Source of the DNA: an uncultured Alphaproteobacteria bacterium
GTDB taxonomy: Bacteria > Pseudomonadota > Alphaproteobacteria > Rhodobacterales > Rhodobacteraceae
Direction of reading: 5' to 3'
NCBI GenBank assembly: GCA_963700835.1
Contig: CAVOZD010000025.1
Coordinates: 20,960-84,959 of the forward strand
DNA length: 64,000 bases
Under the pieces are notes generated by a model. That model did not search any database and had not been told where the DNA came from. It saw nothing but the letters and a program-made list of their open reading frames with translations. Each line of letters opens with the position of its first letter. The first letter of the stretch is position 1. A program made the position numbers and the translations under genes. Shown piece by piece: positions 57,250 through 64,000 of this stretch.

Positions 57250-59067
57250 TCAGGCCTCCATAGCTTCGAGTTCGTCGATCATCGAGGAGATGAGATCGAG
57301 CCCCTTGTCCCAGAACTGCGGATCGCTGGCGTCGAGGCCGAAGGGCGCCAGAAGTTCGCGGTGATGCTTCGAACCGCCGGCCTTCAGCATGTCGAAATAC
57401 TTGTCCGCGAAGGCCGGGTCGCCCTCGGCGTGCACCGCGTAGAGCGCATTCACCAGCCCGTCGCCGAAGGCGTAGGCGTAGACGTAGAACGGCGAGTGCA
57501 CGAAGTGTGGGATATAGGCCCAGAAGGTCTCGTAGCCGTCCATGAACTCGAACGCCGGGCCGAGGCTCTCGCCCTGCACGCTCATCCAGATCAGGTTGAT
57601 GTCGTCGGGCGTCAGCTCGCCCTCGCGCCGCGCCGCGTGCAGCTTGCACTCGAAGTCGTAGAAGGCGATCTGGCGCACGACCGTGTTGATCATGTCCTCG
57701 ACCTTGCCCGCGAGCAGGATCTTGCGCGCCGCCGGGTCGGGCGCCGCGTCCAGAAGCTTGCGGAAGGTCAGCATCTCGCCGAACACGCTGGCGGTCTCCG
57801 CAAGCGTCAGCGGCGTGGAGGACAGAAGCTCGCCCTGCTTCGCCGCCAGGACCTGATGCACGCCGTGCCCGAGCTCGTGGGCGAGCGTCATCACGTCCCG
57901 CTGCTTGCCCAGATAGTTCAGCAGCACATACGGGTGCACGTCCACCACGGTCGGATGTGCGAACGCGCCCGGCGCCTTGCCCGGCTTGACCGGCGCGTCG
58001 ATCCAGCCCTTCTCGAAGAAGGGGGCCGCAATCTCGGCCATGCGGGGATCGAAGCCCGCATAGGCGTCCATCACCGTCGCCCGCGCCTCCGCCCACGGGA
58101 TCTTGCGATCCTCCTCGCGCGGCAGCGGCGCGTTGCGGTCCCAGACCTGCAGCTTGTCGAGACCGAGCCACTTCGCCTTCAGCGCGTAGTACCGGTGCGA
58201 GAGCTTCGGATAGGCCGCCACGACCGCGTCGCGCAGCGCCTCGACCACCTCGGGCTCGACATCGTTGGCCAGATGCCGCGACGCCTGCGGGCTGGGCAGC
58301 TTGCGCCAGCGGTCCTCGATCTCCTTCTCCTTGGCGAGCGTGTTGGTGATGCGAGCAAACAGCGGCAGCTTCTCCGAGAACACCGCCGCCAGCGCCTCGG
58401 CCGCCGCCTGCCGCTTCGCCCGGTCCTGATCGGAGAGCAGGTTCAGCGCCGCTTCGAGCGGCAGCGTCTCGCCGCCGACCTCGAAGGTCAGCCCCGCCAT
58501 CGTCTCGTCGAAGAGCCGGTTCCAGGCCGAGGCGCCGACAACCGACTGGTCGTGCAGGAATTGCTCGAGCTCGTCGCTGAGCTGGTAGGGTTTCATCTTG
58601 CGCAGCCGGTCGAGAACCGGCCGGTAGCGCGCAAGGTCCGCGTCTGCGGCGAGCAACGCCGCGAATGCGTCGTCCTCGATCCGGTTGAACTCCAGCGGGA
58701 AGAACACCAGCGGCGTCGTGGCGTCGGTAACGCGCGCCTGCATGTCGCCGAGGAACTTGCCCCGCGCGGCCTCGGTCGTGTTCTGCTGGTACCTCAGTCC
58801 GGCATAGCTCATCACCCGCCCGGCCACGGTCTGGATGCGCTCGTAGCGTCGCACCGCCTCGAGCATTCCCGCGGCGTCGAGACCGGCGAGCCGACCCTCA
58901 TAGTCGGTTGCGAAGGCCGCGCATTCGCTGTCGAGCCAGTCGAGATCGGAACCGAGCTTCGGGTCGTCCGGCGCGGGGTAGAGATCGCTCAGGTCCCACT
59001 CGGGCAGGGGGCCGAGCGCGTCGGCGGCCCCGCCGGCGTCACGGCTGTCGCGAAGAATGTCTGTCAT
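57250..59067 (-). CDS. pepF: M3-family oligoendopeptidase F
   Basis: LPEWDLSDLY, GAFAHP, LAHELGHGVH (HExxH), AETASVFGE. Confidence 0.93.
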   Translation of the reverse strand: MTDILRDSRDAGGAADALGPLPEWDLSDLYPAPDDPKLGSDLDWLDSECAAFATDYEGRLAGLDAAGMLEAVRRYERIQTVAGRVMSYAGLRYQQNTTEAARGKFLGDMQARVTDATTPLVFFPLEFNRIEDDAFAALLAADADLARYRPVLDRLRKMKPYQLSDELEQFLHDQSVVGASAWNRLFDETMAGLTFEVGGETLPLEAALNLLSDQDRAKRQAAAEALAAVFSEKLPLFARITNTLAKEKEIEDRWRKLPSPQASRHLANDVEPEVVEALRDAVVAAYPKLSHRYYALKAKWLGLDKLQVWDRNAPLPREEDRKIPWAEARATVMDAYAGFDPRMAEIAAPFFEKGWIDAPVKPGKAPGAFAHPTVVDVHPYVLLNYLGKQRDVMTLAHELGHGVHQVLAAKQGELLSSTPLTLAETASVFGEMLTFRKLLDAAPDPAARKILLAGKVEDMINTVVRQIAFYDFECKLHAARREGELTPDDINLIWMSVQGESLGPAFEFMDGYETFWAYIPHFVHSPFYVYAYAFGDGLVNALYAVHAEGDPAFADKYFDMLKAGGSKHHRELLAPFGLDASDPQFWDKGLDLISSMIDELEAMEA

Positions 59068-59111
59068 CAAGCTCGCCACTCCTCGGAGTCTGTTCGGGCG
59101 GGTGCGGGCGC

Positions 59112-59450
59112 TCAGTGGAGGCGCGCGCCGAGCGGCACCTGGGCTTCCGGAGCGGCCAGCACGACCGCACCCTCCGCGTCGGCGAAGCCCAGCACCAGAA
59201 CTTCGGATCGAAACGGGCCGATCTGGCGTGGCGCAAGGTTGACCACGGCCATCACCATGCGGCCGACCAGCGCCGCAGGCGCGTAGCGCTCGGTGATCTG
59301 CGCGGACGATCGCATCTCGCCGATCTCGGCTCCGAAGTCGATCCAGAGCTTGAACGCCGGCTTGCGCGCCTCGGGAAACGGCTCGGCGCGCGTCACACGA
59401 CCGACGCGGATATCGACCTTCTGGAAATCCTCGAACTCGATCCGCGCCAT
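59112..59450 (-). CDS. csaA: tRNA-binding / export chaperone CsaA
   Basis: DFQKVDIRVG, ARKPAFKL, SSAQIT, SEVLVLG. Confidence 0.9.
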   Translation of the reverse strand: MARIEFEDFQKVDIRVGRVTRAEPFPEARKPAFKLWIDFGAEIGEMRSSAQITERYAPAALVGRMVMAVVNLAPRQIGPFRSEVLVLGFADAEGAVVLAAPEAQVPLGARLH

Positions 59451-59483
59451 GCGCCCCTGTCCCGTCCTGCCCGAAGGCCAGAA

Positions 59484-59521
59484 CAGAAAACCGCCTGCCC
59501 GGCAAGGGCAAGCGGTTTCTG
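59484..59521. terminator. hairpin / probable terminator after the phasin
   Basis: cagaaaaccgc-c-tgccc-ggcaa-gggca-agcggtttctg. Confidence 0.55.
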
Positions 59522-59541
59522 GGTCGTCGTTGTGCGTGGCG

Positions 59542-60006
59542 TCAGGAGCGGTTGAGCTTGCCCGCCATGTCCTGAAGCTCCTTCACGCTCTCCTGGATGC
59601 GCGCGGAGACGATCTCGTAGGCTTCCGAGTTGGCCTTCTGGGCCAATTCGGCCAGCGCCTGCATGTTGGCCAGCGCCTTCTCGAAGGCGGCCTTGACCAG
59701 CTCGCCCTGCGCCTTTGCGCTCTCTGGGTCGAGTTTGGTGGTGTCCAGCGCCTTCATGGACTTCTGCGCCTCCGACATCGTGTCCTCGAAGATCGCGATC
59801 TGCTTCTTGAAGAGATCCTGGAACCCGGCTGCGGCCGCCTTGTTGGCCTCCACCAGCGCGTCCATGTTCTTGTGCTGCGCCGCCAGAATCGCGTCCGTGT
59901 CGATCTCCGGCATCTTGAAGTTGGCGAGATGCTTGGTGAAGTCGTTCTGCCTGAAGTACTCCATCATCTTCTCGGGATCGAAGGCGTAGGTCTTGGGGTC
60001 GAACAT
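59542..60006 (-). CDS. phaP: phasin (PHA granule protein)
   Basis: DTDAILAAQHKNMDALVEANK...ELAQKANSEAYEIVSARIQES. Confidence 0.85.
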   Translation of the reverse strand: MFDPKTYAFDPEKMMEYFRQNDFTKHLANFKMPEIDTDAILAAQHKNMDALVEANKAAAAGFQDLFKKQIAIFEDTMSEAQKSMKALDTTKLDPESAKAQGELVKAAFEKALANMQALAELAQKANSEAYEIVSARIQESVKELQDMAGKLNRS

Positions 60007-60105
60007 CGGTTCCTCCTTGGTCTGGCGTTTCACGTTCCTTACCGATATGGTGCACTGCAACATGAATGTCAAGCACTCATGCTGCAGTGCAGCAAAGCAA
60101 AGCCG

Positions 60106-60924
60106 TCATGATCCCAGCGCGCGCGACCGGTCCGCCGCCGCCGCCACCGCGTCGCGCAAGAGCGGCGACAGGCCGCCCTCCGCGCGCATCAGAACCGCTA
60201 GCGCCGCCGCGGTGGTGCCGCCCGGGCTGGTGACGTTTTCCCGCAGCCGGCCCGGCGGCGTCTCGCCCGCCGTCTCGGCCAACGCCGCCGCTCCCGCAAC
60301 CGTGGCCCGCGCCAGCGTCAGCGCCAGGTCCTCTGGCAGCCCCTCCGCCGCGCCCGCTTCAGCCAGCGCCTCGATCAGCAGGAAGACATAGGCCGGTCCC
60401 GAACCCGACACCGCCGTCACCGCGTCCATCTGCTCCTCGCGCGCGAGGCGGACGGTCGAGCCGACCGCGCGCATCAGGGTCTCCGCTAGATCAAGTCCCG
60501 CCGCGTCCACAGCCGCATTGCCGACGATCGCCGTGATCCCGCGGCGCACGGCGGCCGGGGTGTTGGGCATGGCCCGCACGATCGGCGTTCCCGGCCCCAG
60601 CCCGCTTTCGAGTGCGGCGAGCCCGATCCCGGCCGCGATCGACACGAAGAGCGTCTCCCCGCCTCCGAACCGCGCCACCCTGGGCAGCGCCTCGTTCATC
60701 ATCTGCGGCTTGACCGCGAGCACGGTCACCGCAGGGGCGGGAGGCGGCTCTTCGTTCAGCCGCAGCCCCGCATCCGCCAGCGCGCGAAGCCGGTCGTCCG
60801 GTTGCGGATCCAGAACCGTGAAGGCGCCCGGCGGAGCGCCTCCCGCGAGCCAGCCCTCGAGCAGCGCGCCGCCCATCCGGCCGCATCCGAGCAGCACCAG
60901 GCCGCTTTCCGCGATGTCTCGCAT
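60106..60924 (-). CDS. proC: pyrroline-5-carboxylate reductase
   Basis: GCGRMG, AVKPQ, RAMPNTPA, SGSGPAY, VTSPGGTT. Confidence 0.96.
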   Translation of the reverse strand: MRDIAESGLVLLGCGRMGGALLEGWLAGGAPPGAFTVLDPQPDDRLRALADAGLRLNEEPPPAPAVTVLAVKPQMMNEALPRVARFGGGETLFVSIAAGIGLAALESGLGPGTPIVRAMPNTPAAVRRGITAIVGNAAVDAAGLDLAETLMRAVGSTVRLAREEQMDAVTAVSGSGPAYVFLLIEALAEAGAAEGLPEDLALTLARATVAGAAALAETAGETPPGRLRENVTSPGGTTAAALAVLMRAEGGLSPLLRDAVAAAADRSRALGS

Positions 60925-60983
60925 GCGCGCCTCCCCCCGGCGGCCGGCGCCTTTCCGTCCGCGCGGGGGTGGAAAGGACGGCC

Positions 60984-61487
60984 TCAGGCCCGACCGTAGG
61001 CCTCGGTCATCGCGATGCCAAGCGCCTTCTCGGGCGTCTCCCCGCCCCAGGCGACCAGCTGGAAGGCTGGATAGAAGCGCTCGGAGGCGTGCACCGCGGC
61101 GCGCACCATGTCGTTGATCTGATCGGAATTCGCCGTCGCGCCGCCGCAGAGGTTGAGGCTGTAGCGATAGGCCATCAGCCCCTGGTCACGCCAAAGCGTG
61201 AACGCCCCGCTCCAGCAGCGGTCGTTCGCCAGCGCCATCGCCCGGTAGAACGCCGTCAGCCGCTTGTTGGGCGGCCGCATCTCGAAGGCGCAGATCAGCC
61301 GCAGGCTCTGGTCCCGACCGCTGTAGGCGAGAGTCACCGAATAGGTCCGCCACGAGCCTTCAATGGCCACGGCGATCTGATCGTCCGCGACCCGCTCGAA
61401 CTCCCACGACCGCTCCTCGGCCATGCTCTCGACGATGTCGATTGGGTGGATCTCTTCGCTGAAGAAGTCGCGTTCGACGATGCTCAT
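60984..61487 (-). CDS. YbjN-domain protein
   Basis: HPIDIVE...DDQIAVAIEGSWRTYSVTL...ERFYPAFQLV. Confidence 0.85.
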   Translation of the reverse strand: MSIVERDFFSEEIHPIDIVESMAEERSWEFERVADDQIAVAIEGSWRTYSVTLAYSGRDQSLRLICAFEMRPPNKRLTAFYRAMALANDRCWSGAFTLWRDQGLMAYRYSLNLCGGATANSDQINDMVRAAVHASERFYPAFQLVAWGGETPEKALGIAMTEAYGRA

Positions 61488-61670
61488 GCCTGCGCCTCTG
61501 TCCTGAGCGCCCGGCGGAGCCGCACCCCGCGCGGGGGCTGTGAGGTTAACAACAGATCAACAACTTCGGCAGTTGATCTACAACATATGGTGGGTCAGGA
61601 CGCCCAGTCTGTAAAGAGAATTTTCGTTAACGCGCCTTAACCACTGCGTCCCCGGCGCAAGGCGCGGCGC

Positions 61671-61928
61671 TCAGGCGCCGCCGCCCTTCGCCGCGGCCTC
61701 GAGCCCGTCCAGACGGGCCTTGAGCGCCTCGTTTTCCTCGCGCGCCTTCTGGGCCATCGCGCGCACCGCGTCGAACTCGTCGCGCGTCACGAAGTCGCGA
61801 TCGGCCAGCCAGCGGTCGATCATGCCCTTCATGGCGGTCTCCGCCTCGGTCTTGGCGCCCTGCGCCACGCCCACGGCGTTGGTCATCAGCGCGCTGATGT
61901 CGTCGAGGATCTTGTTTCTGGACTGCAT
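61671..61928 (-). CDS. ubiK: UbiK-family accessory factor
   Basis: [10 protein letters not shown]...[29 protein letters not shown]. Confidence 0.85.
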   Translation of the reverse strand: MQSRNKILDDISALMTNAVGVAQGAKTEAETAMKGMIDRWLADRDFVTRDEFDAVRAMAQKAREENEALKARLDGLEAAAKGGGA

Positions 61929-62044
61929 GTGGTAGCTCCTTGCGTTTCCCGCAGATATGGTTGCGCCGGCGCCGCTTGCCAAGGCGCGGCTTGACTTCGC
62001 CCGCGACGGCGCCGAAGCAGGGGCCGCCGGTCCGCGGAGCTTCC

Positions 62045-62923
62045 ATGCCCTTTCCCGCCATCGATCCCGTGCTGTTCTCCGTCGAGATCTTCGGCGTCGA
62101 GCTTGCGATCCGCTGGTACGCGCTCGCCTACATCGCCGGGCTGGTGCTCGGCTGGCGCTACGTCGTCGCGCTCTGCCGGCGGCCGGCGCTCTGGGGCGGC
62201 GCCGCGCCGATGCGTCCCGAGCAGGTCGACGACCTGCTCACCTGGATGATCCTCGGCGTCATCCTCGGCGGCCGGCTCGGCTTCGTGGCCTTCTACGAGC
62301 CCGGCTACTATCTCCAGAACCCTGGCCAGATCCTCGCGGTCTGGCGTGGAGGGATGTCCTTTCACGGCGGCTTTCTCGGGGTCGTGGTCGCGGTGCTCGC
62401 CTTCGCCGCCCGCAACGGCCTCGACGCGATCCGCGTCGGCGACGCGGTCGCCGCGGCCGCGCCGATCGGGCTCTTCTTCGGCCGGCTAGCCAACTTCATC
62501 AACGCTGAGCTCTGGGGCCGGCCGACCACCGCGCCCTGGGGCGTGGTCTTCCCGGGCGAGGCGGCGCAGACCTGCCCGCCGGACTGGCAGGGCGCCTGCT
62601 CCCGCCACCCGTCCCAGCTCTACGAGGCCGGGCTCGAGGGGGTCGCGCTCTTTGCGATCCTGTTCCTCGCCATCCGCGCCGGCGCCCTGCGCGCGCGGGG
62701 CCGGGTGATCGGCCTCTTTCTGATCGGCTACGGCCTGTCGCGCTTCGCGGTCGAGTTCGTTCGTCAGGCCGACGCCCGCTTCCTTTCCCCGGAAAACCCC
62801 ATGGGCCACGTCCTCCGCCTCGGCCCCGAGCTCGGCCTGACCATGGGCCAGATGCTGTCGCTGCCGATGGTCGTCGCCGGCGTGATCGTGCTCGCCTGGC
62901 CGCGGCGCCGGTCCGAGGCGTGA
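62045..62923 (+). CDS. lgt: prolipoprotein diacylglyceryl transferase
   Basis: [44 protein letters not shown]. Confidence 0.97.
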   Translation: MPFPAIDPVLFSVEIFGVELAIRWYALAYIAGLVLGWRYVVALCRRPALWGGAAPMRPEQVDDLLTWMILGVILGGRLGFVAFYEPGYYLQNPGQILAVWRGGMSFHGGFLGVVVAVLAFAARNGLDAIRVGDAVAAAAPIGLFFGRLANFINAELWGRPTTAPWGVVFPGEAAQTCPPDWQGACSRHPSQLYEAGLEGVALFAILFLAIRAGALRARGRVIGLFLIGYGLSRFAVEFVRQADARFLSPENPMGHVLRLGPELGLTMGQMLSLPMVVAGVIVLAWPRRRSEA

Positions 62924-63987
62924 CCCCGCTCGCCCGGCGCATCGCCGAGCGCATTGCGCGCGACGGTCCGCTGCGCCTCGACGCCTGGATGGAGCTCTGC
63001 CTCTCCGATCCCGATCATGGCTACTACATGGCACGCGAGCCCTTCGGCGCCGAGGGCGATTTCGTCACCGCCCCGGAAGTCAGCCAGATGTTCGGCGAGA
63101 TGGTCGGCGGCTGGCTGGCGCAGGTCTGGGCCGACCAGCCCCGCGCCGCGCCGCCGGTTCTCGTCGAGCTTGGACCCGGGCGCGGGACCCTGATGCGCGA
63201 CGCGCTGCGGGTGATCGATCGGGTTCCGGACCTGCGGCGCGCGCTGTCGCTCTGGCTGGTCGAGACAAGCCCGCGACTTCGCGCCCTGCAGGCCGCGACC
63301 CTCGCCGGTGCCGGGGCGCACTGGGCCGACCGTCTCGCGGATTGCCCGCGCGGACCGCTCCTGCTCGTCGCCAACGAATTCTTCGACGCCCTGCCGATCC
63401 GCCAGTTCCAGCGCGCCGACGTCGCCTGGCGCGAACGCCGCGTCACCCTGCGCGACGGACGCCTCGCTTTCGACTGGGGACCGTTGCGCGCCGACGCCGA
63501 CCTCGACTCCGCCTTCCCGCAGGCGCCCGACGGCGCCATCGTCGAGGTCTGCGCCCTCGCCACGACCATAGCGCGCGAGATCGCCGCGCGCATCTCCGCC
63601 CACGGCGGCGCGGCGCTGGTGATCGACTACGGCGACCTCGACGGGACCGGCGACACGCTCCAGGCGCTCCAGGGCGGCGCGCCGGTCGACCCGCTCGCCG
63701 CCGATCCCGGGACCGCGGACCTTACCGCCCATGTGCGCTTCGCCGCCATCGTCGCCGCGGCCGAGGGACTTCGCGCCAGCGGTCCCGAGCCGCAGGGCGC
63801 GTTCCTCGAGCGACTCGGCGTCACCGACCGAGCCCGGGCGCTCGCCCGGGGCCGGAGCGGTGCATCCCTCGACGCCATCGTCGCCCAGCATCGGCGCTTG
63901 ACGCATCCCGGCGAGATGGGGAAGCATTTCCGGGTTCTCGCGCTCACTCCGCAGAGCGCTCCGCCGCCTCCCGGATTCGCGCCTTGA
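62920..63987 (+). CDS. MidA/NDUFAF7-family SAM-dependent methyltransferase
   Basis: [40 protein letters not shown]. Confidence 0.9.
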   Translation: MTPLARRIAERIARDGPLRLDAWMELCLSDPDHGYYMAREPFGAEGDFVTAPEVSQMFGEMVGGWLAQVWADQPRAAPPVLVELGPGRGTLMRDALRVIDRVPDLRRALSLWLVETSPRLRALQAATLAGAGAHWADRLADCPRGPLLLVANEFFDALPIRQFQRADVAWRERRVTLRDGRLAFDWGPLRADADLDSAFPQAPDGAIVEVCALATTIAREIAARISAHGGAALVIDYGDLDGTGDTLQALQGGAPVDPLAADPGTADLTAHVRFAAIVAAAEGLRASGPEPQGAFLERLGVTDRARALARGRSGASLDAIVAQHRRLTHPGEMGKHFRVLALTPQSAPPPPGFAP

Positions 63988-64000
63988 CGCTCGACATCGT
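63984..64000 (+). CDS. possible start of the next gene (pgeF by synteny), 3'-partial
   Basis: TTG overlaps the upstream TGA, reading MTLDI; identity inferred only from the usual lgt-methyltransferase-pgeF order. Confidence 0.3.

Noticed and set aside
61627-61641. TTAA-N6-TTAAC near ubiK/ybjN
   Set aside because: Spacing is 6, not the 7 of a CtrA box.

Overview
High-GC alphaproteobacterial chromosome segment, very probably Rhodobacterales, judged from gene order (clpA-gloB-methyltransferase-atpHAGDC; csaA-proC-ybjN-ubiK-lgt). Most of it is housekeeping or metabolic: gap, glpK/glpR, ggt, hspQ, clpA, F1 ATPase, puuD, an RND pump, phbB-aceE-aceF-lpdA, cysteine synthase, pepF, a phasin, proC and lgt. 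There are two accessory micro-islands. The first (~2600-4680) holds an 11-bp tandem repeat, a truncated BrnA-like gene, a DUF433/DUF5615 PIN toxin-antitoxin pair and a multi-hairpin element. The second (~33000-37300) holds an orphan plasmid-type ParB, two ~150-bp direct repeats around a methyltransferase and a membrane protein, a very low-GC orphan Rap1a-like immunity gene and a probable IS630 end. One hairpin repeat family occurs three times, always at accessory-DNA borders. There is also an uncharacterised three-gene envelope operon ending in an orphan Cys-rich TAXI protein (27663-30550). Four genes carry single +1 frameshifts and one SDR is a clearly decayed pseudogene. I saw no rRNA, tRNA, CRISPR array, intact transposase or integrase. 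All family calls come from motif recognition by eye; no database searches were run.
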